Virus record (IMG/VR): IMGVR_UViG_3300046698_000540
Location: 36,370-100,369 of that record
DNA length: 64,000 bases
Strand: one strand, 5' to 3'
Source of the DNA: a virus
Shown here: positions 1-10,300 of the stretch, piece after piece
Layout: each line of letters opens with the position of its first letter
Numbering within the stretch: position 1 is the first letter of the stretch
The notes under the pieces: generated by a model
What the model was told of the DNA's origin: nothing
Seen by the model: only the letters and a program-made list of their open reading frames with translations
The model's database searches: none
Program-made: the position numbers and the translations under genes

Positions 1-2
1 AC

Positions 3-2015
3 CGGCGTAGCTGTATCCAGCATTTGCCAGTCTCCGTCTGCCCCCATCGTGGTTCCGTTCAAGTCCGGAGAGCCTGCTGTTTTGGTGACTACCGAGCCGC
101 CACTCACCGAAACCGTGACTGCAAAATTCCAGGCGGGGGCCCGGGATTTGATCGTCAACGTGGTGCTCGTGTTGAAAGCGTTGTCGCACCACACCGTACC
201 AAACGCCGCATTCAGATTTGCGCGCATGGCGCTGCATACTGACTGTGGCGTTTCTCCGTACCCCACGGCATGCTGAACAAGAGTCGCCCCCACGTGAATC
301 GTGATGATGTCCCCTGGCACTACGGACGTGAACGCTATGGCGCAACTTGGATACGTGGCGTTCACCCGGCGCCTTTTGTTGTTCCAGAATACCCCCATAT
401 AGACGTCGGCCCGGCCCAGAAAGCCGAGCTTTTGCAGAACCCATGCCACCCAAAAGGGCGGTTTTTTGATGCCATGGTCGGTATCGAAGTCCAAGGCCAG
501 TCCTACATTGAAAAGCGTCCAGGGTGCATCTGGAATATCTTGCTGTACCAAAGGCCACAGGTAGTCATAGTAAAAGTAGTAACCACTCGACGCGGAATTT
601 TTCGCGAAAAGAGCTTTCAGGGTGACTACGTGTTTGCCGCCCGTCAAGCCTGTGCGCACCAGGAGCATTCCGTTCGATTCGTTGCCGGGATTCGTGTTCA
701 GGAACAGATCGTGAACCGTGGGGGTATCGCCGTCCACCGAAACCTGAAGGTGGCCGCAATTTTCCCCAAACTGAGTTCCTACCACCAGATCGTGCGTTCC
801 ATTCTTTGTATAGGTGACTACGACCTGGCGCACGTCTCCTGAGCTGGCCGGCGCGGTTCTTTTTGCGTATCCACCGCTCCACCACCCGACCGGCGCCGTT
901 TCCCAATAACCGGTGTAGATCGCATTTTTGCTCTCCTCCAGGCGGTCGTTTTCTCCAGGTCCTCCCACTTTCAAAGCCGGGGAAGATCCCGTGAGCGTGA
1001 TGTTGGAAACTGTGACTTTCCACTCCGTATCTGGTGTGAGGGGGACCGCCCCGCTACCTTCCAGGTTGGCCTCTTCATTTTCAAATCGTGGCGTGAACGC
1101 CATGGTGATCTTGCGCACGTCCGTCATGCCGGCGCTGGTGGTTACGCCATGCAGTACCACGCCTGTGTCTAAAGGGGACTGTCGGCCGATCATTGTGTTG
1201 AAGGGAAGCACAACCCGGTACACACTCGTATCGTCGCCACCCGTGAAGCGTACACCTGCGCCCTCCGTGCCATTGGTCCATGCCCATCCAGCCCAGTCAC
1301 TCGACGTGAACAGTCTATCTCTGCTGCCGTCCTTTCCAAACCCCACAAAAGTGACTACCAGAGACCCTGCCCCCGCAGATGCGGAAATCCAATTGAGCCC
1401 GGCGCCTCCGTAATCTGTTCCGTTACCCATGTAGATGGATCCGTGCGCCGCCACTCCGGTATTGATCTGCGCTGCAAACTCTTGTGCGACCTGAAGAGTT
1501 GTTGGACCTCCTACCCATGTGCTGGTGTCCACCACGTAGCGATTTTCTCTGAAGTACAAATACAGCAGGCCACTTGCTCCACTACCTGCAAACGTCATAG
1601 TGGCCGTTGCGTCCGTCTCAGCCCCAGACAATACTGTGGCATAATCGAGCAACCTGACCATCCAAGGATCCAACGTGGGGCCAAAATAAAAAATCATGGA
1701 ATCCCACGCGATCGTAGGATACAACATGCACCCCAACCTGGTGTTGCCGTCCAAAGTGTGGTCAACTTCGATGTCAAATTGAAGAGTGATACCCGACAGA
1801 TCTGTTCTCGGCAGAGGTTTGAATCTCAGGTGGTTGTAAAAGTCGTAAGCGTTGTGCCACTCCAGCACGGCGAAATCTTCCGCCCCCTGAAAAATTCCGG
1901 AAATGACGAAGCCTGTCTCTGTAGCGCTGGTAAGCGTGGTGGTCGCCGCGCGCTCGCTAAATCCCCCGAGCTGCATCGTTTTGCGCGGATCGAACAGGTG
2001 AATCGCTTCGCTCAT
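3..2015 (-). CDS. Large tail-associated/baseplate-like protein, partial (runs off window start)
   Basis: Not in the ORF track because it is open to the window edge. Hand translation from ATG at 2015 (ATGA overlap with upstream stop): MSEAIHLFDPRKTMQLGGFSERAATTTLTS...; position downstream of tail-tip genes. Confidence 0.7.
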   Translation of the reverse strand, partial: MSEAIHLFDPRKTMQLGGFSERAATTTLTSATETGFVISGIFQGAEDFAVLEWHNAYDFYNHLRFKPLPRTDLSGITLQFDIEVDHTLDGNTRLGCMLYPTIAWDSMIFYFGPTLDPWMVRLLDYATVLSGAETDATATMTFAGSGASGLLYLYFRENRYVVDTSTWVGGPTTLQVAQEFAAQINTGVAAHGSIYMGNGTDYGGAGLNWISASAGAGSLVVTFVGFGKDGSRDRLFTSSDWAGWAWTNGTEGAGVRFTGGDDTSVYRVVLPFNTMIGRQSPLDTGVVLHGVTTSAGMTDVRKITMAFTPRFENEEANLEGSGAVPLTPDTEWKVTVSNITLTGSSPALKVGGPGENDRLEESKNAIYTGYWETAPVGWWSGGYAKRTAPASSGDVRQVVVTYTKNGTHDLVVGTQFGENCGHLQVSVDGDTPTVHDLFLNTNPGNESNGMLLVRTGLTGGKHVVTLKALFAKNSASSGYYFYYDYLWPLVQQDIPDAPWTLFNVGLALDFDTDHGIKKPPFWVAWVLQKLGFLGRADVYMGVFWNNKRRRVNATYPSCAIAFTSVVPGDIITIHVGATLVQHAVGYGETPQSVCSAMRANLNAAFGTVWCDNAFNTSTTLTIKSRAPAWNFAVTVSVSGGSVVTKTAGSPDLNGTTMGADGDWQMLDTATP

Positions 2016-3259
2016 ACCACAATGGTAATAACCAGCGTGTCACCAGGAGACGTGGAGCCCACCTGGGTAACGTCCACCCCTACCAAAGTGCCGGCGGGCA
2101 TTCTCGGGAAAGGAAATTCCATGCCGTAGGGAGAATTCGTCACAGACGGATCCGTGCTCTCGGCCGCGTAGCTGTTCAAATTGCTGTCTGTGATCTCCAG
2201 CGTGTGAGGAGTGGGTGTGCCTGCCAGAACTGTCCAAGTTGTTCCATTGTCCAATGAAATGCGCACATCAATCAGAATCGGGGATCCTGTGGGGGCACTT
2301 AAAACCTCTGCGTACAGTACTCTCGGTGTGGCATCGAAATTCAACCGATATTGCGTGTCTGCATCCGTGGCTACAGCCAAAGTGCCGGGAACCCTGAACC
2401 GGATCTCTCCACCTGAGCAAGTTCGGATTCCCAAACGAGTCTGAGTGACCAGGCCGTAGTAGGGAAAATCAGAGTACCCCAACCTGTTGGCCAGGCCTGC
2501 CAGCACAAAGGCGACCATGGCATTGGGTTGAATGCAGTCGTAAATGGGGGCAATCTGATTGGTTAGATCGAAAGCGCCCGGCTGCGTCTTGAAAATGTGG
2601 TGCCCCAGCGTCAACTTGAAAAAGTTCTTGCCTATTGCGTGGGCATTCAAATAGGAACCGAACGTCGCCCGATCGGGGAGCCCTTCCCCTGGATACACCC
2701 TCTGAATATTCACCACCCCGCCTGTGATGGGGTCACCTGCACTTCCTGGACCTGTGATCTGAACCGCTTCGTATCGGCGCCAACCCGCCGGGTTGACTCC
2801 ATATGGCTGCCCGTAGCTGGGAACCAAGTCCTCATCGTTAAACACCAAAAAATCGCCGACGTGAAACTGCCAACCATCCGCGATTGCCTGTGCAGAGTAC
2901 GAAAATCCGAGATCGCTGATCGAAGCCGCTCCTACAGCATAGGGACTTTCCATACCTATCACGGCCGTTAAGGTGCCGAAATATTCCGTGGCCAGTTCAT
3001 CCACGAACACCAGCACCCCGTGGAATTCAGTGATGCCGGCCATATTGAGGTTGTCGAACACCGAGACGTCGGAAAACTCCAACTGGCCGTAGGTCACCAA
3101 CGCAGGCGTGAAGATGGGATAGCCGGGCGCATCTGTGTCCAACGTGTTATCTGGTCCCACCACCTGGATGGATTGACTGGCCGATTTTTGCCCTGGAATC
3201 CCCGTCAGGTTCACAGGAACCAACCAGTACCACCAAGTCTCCTTTGTATGGACTGCCAT
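2012..3259 (-). CDS. Minor tail protein
   Basis: Track ORF 2012..3319; likely start MAVHTKETW at 3259 after AGGA; beta-rich, C-terminal DVTQVGSTSPGDTLVITI typical of phage tail proteins. Confidence 0.65.
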   Translation of the reverse strand: MAVHTKETWWYWLVPVNLTGIPGQKSASQSIQVVGPDNTLDTDAPGYPIFTPALVTYGQLEFSDVSVFDNLNMAGITEFHGVLVFVDELATEYFGTLTAVIGMESPYAVGAASISDLGFSYSAQAIADGWQFHVGDFLVFNDEDLVPSYGQPYGVNPAGWRRYEAVQITGPGSAGDPITGGVVNIQRVYPGEGLPDRATFGSYLNAHAIGKNFFKLTLGHHIFKTQPGAFDLTNQIAPIYDCIQPNAMVAFVLAGLANRLGYSDFPYYGLVTQTRLGIRTCSGGEIRFRVPGTLAVATDADTQYRLNFDATPRVLYAEVLSAPTGSPILIDVRISLDNGTTWTVLAGTPTPHTLEITDSNLNSYAAESTDPSVTNSPYGMEFPFPRMPAGTLVGVDVTQVGSTSPGDTLVITIVV

Positions 3260-3267
3260 CTGATTTC

Positions 3268-6192
3268 CTACGTTGTGGTGCTCGAAGTCGTCGTGCTGGT
3301 CGTTGTCGTTTCCTCCCACGGATCCATGTATTGCGTGGCTGAAACCAGAGCTTGAAGCTGGCTAGGGTGCGGAAGCTGGTCCAACAACGAAATACTGGCG
3401 ATCTGATCGTACTTCAAATGAGGTTCGGCATTCGTGCTGTTGTACCCGCGTGTCACCGTGAGCGTTGCGGTACCATCGCCATGCCACACACAATTAGTGG
3501 CCAACACCTGTTCCGAGCCTACCTGATAAACACTTCGCGTTCCTATTCCTGTGACGTCGAAATCGTCCCAGGTGTTGTCCACCGTCCAAGCCGTCGCTGA
3601 AGCATCCACATCCGCGAGTAAAAATCCGCCGGCCGCCAGGTTGTTATCTGGAGTTCTGAAAATCTGAACCGCTTGCAGGAGTTTTTGCTTGCTCAGATCA
3701 CTATATGCCTGCCAGGAAAGGCGCACGCCCACACTGGGAAGCGAAACACAGGGATTTTGTGCCGCCCAAAGCAGAGCGGGCAATGGGGGATACACGAAAC
3801 CCTTTGATCCGCGGATGTACACATTGCGCGGAAATCTCGCCAGCTCAACGAAAGGATCCCCTGAAAGAATATCGTCGTACTCACTCGATCGCCAGGAGCG
3901 AACCTTGAAAGTCATGCCCCAATCGTCATTGAGCGCTTTTTCTTCGATCCTGATCCAATCTCCACCGTTAGGCATGAGCGTGTGGGCCAGGTACGTGATG
4001 TCGCCCACTTCCAGCTCATCCATGAGGAGAGTGCTGTCCAGCTCAACATTGCGAACTTGCGCCCATAATTGGGGACTGGTGCCACCCAATTCATGGCGCA
4101 GCATCCTGAGGCCGAGGCGCGCCGCCTGTTCCGTGAAGCAAGTTCCCACCAGGTTGTAGCTCTGCGCCATTTTGAACGGATAGCCATTCAATCCGATCAA
4201 CTTCTGGTAGTCGATCGAATAAACCGTCGCCATGTTCTGCTGGAAATCGAAGTCGTGATCGGCGAAGTTCAAATCCAGTTCATTATAGGAGGGCGTGGGA
4301 ATGTCCGGCTTCAAGCTGTTGTGCTTGACGTTGACGAACTCTTGAAAGGCCGGCCTTACTGTGGCATCCTGACATGCGCTGAATTGCCGGACCGCCAGTT
4401 TTCCATTGCGGAAAAATCGGAATCCGTGGCAATCCCTGAGCGCCGAATCGATCTGATCCATTGCCGGCGCCAGTTCACTGAACTGCCCAGCAAACTGGTA
4501 GCGCTGCACCGTGCTTCCGTCCAGGCCCGTGATATTGTCCGCGGCATAAGTCGCAAAATCTATGAAACTTTGAAGGTCTATGAACGTGGCGTGCGTTGCG
4601 ATCGACGTGTACTTGATGTTGAACGCTTCCAACACCATGTCCAGGATGATCCACACGGGATTGCCGCTTCCGCCGTAGATCCCGCCAACGCCATAAACTC
4701 TGCTGGTTGTGCTGCCGTACTGCCATACCCGGCGGCCTGCCGCCAGGTTGGCATAAACCGAAGGAGCCGAGCTGGCGCCTGTGCTTTTGCTGGCATCTGG
4801 GCTATTCACACCCGAGCTTGTGTCCTTCACCCGAGCAAAAAATCCGGCCCTGGAGGAAATATAAACCTGTGGGTCTCCTGGGGAATCTGTCTGAAGCATG
4901 TCCCCTTCGATCTGCGTCCACACATGAGGCTCGCCAATACGACCGGGGGATCTGCCTACTCCCTTATCGCAACCCGGCGCCGGCCAAGCCGGGGCGGGAA
5001 ATTCCCCGTTGGTAGGAAGCAGGCTGTTGACCTGGACATCTTGAATGGCCCCAATGTTCACATCTCCGCTGGCGGCCGGGGCATTTCCCAACACCCCTTC
5101 CCCAACGATGCACTCTACGGACACATAATCCGATTCTGGCCGCCATTCCAGAATCAAGGGCGTGCACGTGAATCCTGTAGCGGCGCCGGCATACACCAAG
5201 GGCACGGCCTGATCGAAGATCGTGGAAGTCTGAGAACTATAGGACGTGTAGGGGTCGCCGCCGCCAAGAAACCTGGTCAAAAAATTTCCGCCCAAATAGC
5301 CTGTGGCCCAAGAACAAACATACCTCTGACCACCATAGAACCGGGCCATTCCGCGGCCAAGGCAACCCGTAGCCGGCCCCACATAGCTCCAATATGTGGG
5401 CGAAGAATCCGGCTGGTGCTCGTTATTGGTCACCGAAGCTTGCCAAATTCCGCCATTCTGGTAAACTTGGCTTCCTGCCTGATACACCACGGAATGAAAC
5501 CATGAGGAAGGTCCGAACGTCTTGTCGCACGTCGTTAGATAGGGCCGGCCTTTATACCCCTCTGTGGAACTTATGTCGGGTCCGAAGTCGTCAGGTACGC
5601 TTGCCTCTCCGAGAACTCCCAATATTTCAGGGATGGCCACACGCGGCCCTGCGCCTGCGCCTGTGTACCCGAAGCCGGAATAGGGGCAGTACAGCCCGTC
5701 GTCGAACTGAAGATCGCAGTTCCTGCTGAATCGCCGCCGCGGAAGTGGCAAGGTCAAATCGAATAGACCGTCCTTACAGGAGAGCGAAAATGTCTGCTGA
5801 TCGTAGGGCGTTTTGTCTATGAAGCCGATCCACTCGATGCGCGTGGCGTCCGCGAGGGAACCTCCACCGGTCACCACGTCGGGCATGTAGACTTTGAACA
5901 CAACCACGCCGCGTTGGAACATGTGATCGCGCGCCGCCAATTCTAGAGTGCGATCGACGTTGGACAAAGTGAACGTGGCCGTGGAACTGGATCCTGTGAT
6001 ATTGGAACTGATGGGCCCCCACTTCACCAGGCGCGGCAAATAAAGATGCCCGCCAATACCCGTCAGATCGACCCGGCGATCGCTCATGTACCCTGTGGCG
6101 CCGTCCACCAGGGTTACCTCCAGCAGAGGTACAGGCTCCACCGTGCGCCCGCGGACGGCATTCCAATACGCGGTGCTGGGAAACGGGTTCAT
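3268..6192 (-). CDS. Tail tip/hub (host-specificity-type) protein with Thr/Ser C-terminal tail
   Basis: 974 aa, downstream of tape measure; Cys motifs (CDLQFDDGLYCPY, CDKT) like minor tail L/hub proteins; ends TTTTSTTTSSTTT. Confidence 0.75.
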   Translation of the reverse strand: MNPFPSTAYWNAVRGRTVEPVPLLEVTLVDGATGYMSDRRVDLTGIGGHLYLPRLVKWGPISSNITGSSSTATFTLSNVDRTLELAARDHMFQRGVVVFKVYMPDVVTGGGSLADATRIEWIGFIDKTPYDQQTFSLSCKDGLFDLTLPLPRRRFSRNCDLQFDDGLYCPYSGFGYTGAGAGPRVAIPEILGVLGEASVPDDFGPDISSTEGYKGRPYLTTCDKTFGPSSWFHSVVYQAGSQVYQNGGIWQASVTNNEHQPDSSPTYWSYVGPATGCLGRGMARFYGGQRYVCSWATGYLGGNFLTRFLGGGDPYTSYSSQTSTIFDQAVPLVYAGAATGFTCTPLILEWRPESDYVSVECIVGEGVLGNAPAASGDVNIGAIQDVQVNSLLPTNGEFPAPAWPAPGCDKGVGRSPGRIGEPHVWTQIEGDMLQTDSPGDPQVYISSRAGFFARVKDTSSGVNSPDASKSTGASSAPSVYANLAAGRRVWQYGSTTSRVYGVGGIYGGSGNPVWIILDMVLEAFNIKYTSIATHATFIDLQSFIDFATYAADNITGLDGSTVQRYQFAGQFSELAPAMDQIDSALRDCHGFRFFRNGKLAVRQFSACQDATVRPAFQEFVNVKHNSLKPDIPTPSYNELDLNFADHDFDFQQNMATVYSIDYQKLIGLNGYPFKMAQSYNLVGTCFTEQAARLGLRMLRHELGGTSPQLWAQVRNVELDSTLLMDELEVGDITYLAHTLMPNGGDWIRIEEKALNDDWGMTFKVRSWRSSEYDDILSGDPFVELARFPRNVYIRGSKGFVYPPLPALLWAAQNPCVSLPSVGVRLSWQAYSDLSKQKLLQAVQIFRTPDNNLAAGGFLLADVDASATAWTVDNTWDDFDVTGIGTRSVYQVGSEQVLATNCVWHGDGTATLTVTRGYNSTNAEPHLKYDQIASISLLDQLPHPSQLQALVSATQYMDPWEETTTTSTTTSSTTT

Positions 6193-6380
6193 TGCACGGA
6201 AACCTTCAGGTCGCAGAAATGAGGCGCACAGGACTTACAAAAATAATATCTGTGAAGCTCTTCACAGCATGGTAACTTTAGCATGTAGCATACCTCTGCA
6301 ACATTGTTGCAAGGTTGCATGTTCTCTCGGGTGTCCCCACAAGTTGCCTCGCATATTTGACCAGCAGGAACTTCCATCAT
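6189..6380 (-). CDS. Small Cys-rich hypothetical protein
   Basis: 63 aa, overlaps both neighbours by 4 bp, fills the gap in the tail operon. Confidence 0.45.
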   Translation of the reverse strand: MMEVPAGQICEATCGDTRENMQPCNNVAEVCYMLKLPCCEELHRYYFCKSCAPHFCDLKVSVQ

Positions 6381-6853
6381 CCGGGAAAACCTCCAATTTT
6401 CAACTGAGCTTTTCGCAACTTGTACTCGAATAGCTCCACGCTCATCTCATCCTCGTCGAACAACGCGACGTAGCGCCCGAGCGTGGCGTGTGAGGGGTGC
6501 GTCAACCTGGTGGTGGGATCGTCGCGGTAGGGGTTCGGATACGTGGACCAAGGAACCGGATCGTAGTACCAGAAGGAAACCGCCCGGCCCTGGTGGTCGT
6601 TGAAAAATTTCCAGAGAATGCCCGACCGGCTGGCGATGATATCCGTCAACTCCCCCTTCAGGACGTCGAAGCCTATCTCGAACGTGATGAGCGGCGATCC
6701 TCCAATCACGAAGCGCTGCTCGAGAATCGGAGAGAACTGGTGAACCTTGTTTTCCCATTTCCGGCCACGCTTGAAATTGTAGTCGGGATCGAACGGAAAA
6801 ACCCCGACAGGAGTGTATGCTGGAACGGGCTCGCCGAACAAAAAATCGCTCAT
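6377..6853 (-). CDS. Distal-tail-like protein (DUF2460-like)
   Basis: Likely start MSDFLFGE at 6853 (ATGA overlap); motif FFNDHQGRAVSFWYYDP resembles lambda gpM/DUF2460-type proteins. Confidence 0.65.
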   Translation of the reverse strand: MSDFLFGEPVPAYTPVGVFPFDPDYNFKRGRKWENKVHQFSPILEQRFVIGGSPLITFEIGFDVLKGELTDIIASRSGILWKFFNDHQGRAVSFWYYDPVPWSTYPNPYRDDPTTRLTHPSHATLGRYVALFDEDEMSVELFEYKLRKAQLKIGGFPG

Positions 6854-7338
6854 GTCGTTGTCGTGGTCGTGCTGCTCGTGGTGATGTTCTCCACATACAC
6901 AGGATACGCCGCATCGTTGTCGATCGAGTTGTCGATGTCCCCGATCGTAACCAACACCAGCTCCCCGGTGCGCAGCGTGGCGGCCGGGACGGAGTACCCT
7001 TGTGGATCCTCCTTGAACCGGACGTTGTACATCGTGTCGTCGTCCGGCGCGAAAAACTGGAAAGGGTAAGCGGACCCCTTCAGGGTGTCTATGAAGGTTT
7101 CCAAGGTGGCAATGTCGTTTGTCGTCCATCGGTCCATCTTGATCGTGAACTCGTACATCGCCACGATCTGGTTGGGCATCAGCTCAAACGCCTGGTCCTT
7201 GTATCTCTGCACCACGGTAACCCACTTCACCTTGCGGCTGAAGCTGTAGTCCATCTTGGTGAAGACCAGCTCAGGGCCCGGCGTTTGCGGGAGGAGCTGG
7301 TAGTTCGCAACCGAAGCAGTGGGAGCCGGACACATCAA
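6850..7338 (-). CDS. Minor tail protein with poly-Thr C-terminus
   Basis: Directly after tape measure; FIDTLKGSAYPFQF..YNVRF similar to the neighbouring distal-tail-like gene; ends ITTSSTTTTTT. Confidence 0.65.
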   Translation of the reverse strand: MMCPAPTASVANYQLLPQTPGPELVFTKMDYSFSRKVKWVTVVQRYKDQAFELMPNQIVAMYEFTIKMDRWTTNDIATLETFIDTLKGSAYPFQFFAPDDDTMYNVRFKEDPQGYSVPAATLRTGELVLVTIGDIDNSIDNDAAYPVYVENITTSSTTTTTT

Positions 7339-10300
7339 ATGCCTCCGTTCCCGAGTGCGCGCCCCATTGCCTGCCGATTCACGTTTTGCTGCGTGGCCGT
7401 GGTGACGGCGCCGGCGACGGCCCTGTTGTACGTGGCCGTGTTTTTCAAGAACCCGCTGGTGGTCAAAGTGTTCAAAGCGCCCGCGTCCAAAACTGTGGAA
7501 GCATCCACGGACACCACCATATTCTTTTCGTTGGCTTTCTGCAACTCCGTCAACTGCTGCCGAGCCAAGCCGATCATGACCTGGCCACTCTCGTTCTGGA
7601 CTTTTTGAGCGCCCCTCAAATTTTCCGCCAGGCGATCCGCAAGAAGAGTTGGCATGGAGCGCGCCTGGCTGTTCTGCTGCTGTGAGGACTCCAGCAAATT
7701 GGTATTGATCGAAGTAAGAATGCCCGCATACTGGACAGAATGCTGCCCTTCTGCGACCAGGTAGGTACTCAGGTTGTTGAACAACTGATTCATCTGCCCG
7801 GGTTGAAAACCCGCCTGTGTGCGCCGCGCCAATTGATCCGCCAACTGGTCGGCAAAATTCCGGTCGCCTTCGCTACGGGATGCCGCCAGCATGTTGATGT
7901 CCTTCACCATCTGGAACATCTGCGCGCCGGTTTTGTCGTAGGCCTGACCGGCGTACTGCATCACGCGGTTGTTCACCACCAGGTTGTCGTTGAGCTTGAT
8001 GATGTTGTCCTCCATGGCGGTCTTGGTAGACACGGGCGCTGGCGTTCCTACGGCCGTGCCTCTGGAGCCCGAAGCAGCTCCGCCACCTCCGCCCCCTGCT
8101 GCTCCCGATAGAACTCCTCCAGCAAAGCCGGCTGCCGCTGCCGCAGCGGTCCACAAAGCAGCTGCTCTATACTCCCCAGCAGCTGCTGCCGCGGTAAGAG
8201 GACTGGAAGCGTCGGCAAGCCCTGCCATGAGATGTATTCCCGCCTGCTTCAAGCAGTATTTAGAGAGCGCCTGTAACACCTCCGCGCCCATGTTCTCCAC
8301 GAACTGCGCCATGGCCTTCCCAACATTTCCGCCCGAGCCAACAGCCTTGCCTAAAGCATTGGTCGCCTGTACCGCGAGATCCATACCGGCCTTGTAGGCG
8401 CCCATCGTGGTAAGAGTGCCCTCAAACAGGTGGTTCAAGGCCTCCGCCGTCGTTTCCAATGGCTGCGTGAGATCCCGGACGGCGCCGGCATACTTTTGCC
8501 ACGTGATCGTGCCTTCCTCAAGCTTCTTGTTCAGCTCCTCAATCTGGCTCTGAACGGGAGCCAACCGAGCCGTCAGATCCTCCATGATTCCCGAAACTGC
8601 TTTCGTCGAAGCGCCATACTCCTGCGCTGTTTTTGCGGCATCCAACTGCGCTTGCCCTTTTACATCTCCGCCGACCAACCGCTGAGCTTGTGCCTGCTGC
8701 TTCGTGATCTCGGCGAGTTCTTTCTGATAGTCTAGCCACTTCTTGACCTGATCCGCGGTGAGCGTGGTATTTTTCAAGAGGTCCAGGGCTTGCACGCTCG
8801 AATCCCGTCCGGCCTTGTTCCGGGCGGCTTCTTCCGCGGTTAATTTCCCCTGAGCCACCGAAGTTTGTTCCAGAATGTCCAACTCCCGATTCCGCATCGT
8901 GAGGAGAGCGGTTTCGGTGGTGAATTGCAAATCGGCAATCTGCCGCTGCGCCGCGAGCCTCAGTTCATCCTGGCGTGCTTGAATTTCCTTATCGGCCGCC
9001 TCAACGGAGCCTGTCTGCTTGATGAGCGCGAGTCTGAGAGCCGCATCCTTTCCCAGGGCTTGCGCTTGTGCTTCCGCCAGGGAGGTAATGGCCCTCTTTT
9101 GCTGATCTACGTTTTCGAGCTGCTTCGAAGCGTTCGTATTTTGAACCTCAATCAGGTGCAGCTCCCGATTGAAACGGGCTTCATCCAAGGATGCTAGTTC
9201 TGTTGCGCGTTGCACTCGGGCCTGGAAGACGGCTGTGTCGGCCTCTTCCATTTTTTGCGCGACCTGCGCTTCCATCAGAACTTTATCGGCCGTGGTGTTG
9301 CGAATCAAGTCGATTTCGTTCTGATACCTCCTCCGGATCGCCTCTTCTTCCTGATCGTACGTTTGCCCGGTGCGCTCCGCGATCGAAGTCTGCGTAGCGA
9401 GTAAAATTTCCTGAACCTGCAAAACTGAGTCGAGGAGGGCTCGTGCATGTTCTATTGCTGCCACTTGCGCCTGCGAAGCTGCCGTGGTCAAGACCGTTTT
9501 GGCGGCCCAGGCATCCTGCATAATCACGATGGCAGTTTGCAGATCCGCGATCTTCCCCTCGTTTTTGTAGATCGTCTCTATGTCCGCGGCCGTCTTGCTG
9601 CGAGCGCCCAGCAGAGCGTTTTCCGCTTGCAACCCTTGGATGTCGTTGTTGATCTCGCGTACCTGGTTTTCGACGATCTTCTGATGCGTCGAAAGTCTCA
9701 TCTCCTGCAAAGACTGAAGGGCTTGCTGTACCCCCTCGACGACATTCTGATAGATCAAAGCGTTTTCGCCGGCCTTGGCCAAACTCGTGGCAATTTTTTC
9801 GACCTGCTGGGCCAGCAGAGCGGAAGTTTCCTGTGCAGATTGTGTTTTGGCCCCTAAAGCGGCAGTGAACTCAACAGCTTGCTGTGCAAAATCTTTCTGA
9901 TCCTGGTGGGCGCGAGCGACCATAGTCTCTGTCAGATTGAGTTCTTTCCGTCTCTGGATAACATTGGTAAGGTTTCGGTCCAAATCGGCATAAACCGTCG
10001 TGACTGCCTGTGCCGCCTGCAATGCGGCCGTCTTATCCACGTCCGTGACTTTTATGTGCGCGCGCATCAGCGCTTCGTTGGTGGAGATCGCCGACGACAG
10101 GCGCCCCAAAGCTCCTATGGTCACATTCAAATCGACGGGAACTAGCTGCACGCCACTGGCCGAGTGCTTCAAGCCTTCGATCTCCTTCTCCAAAGAAGCC
10201 ACGCCGGCCTTCAAGTTCTCTATCTGTTTGGTGGACTTTTCCGCCTCATCCCCGTAGCTGCTAAAAAGTCCTCTGCTAACCGTAGGATGCGCAAGAGGAG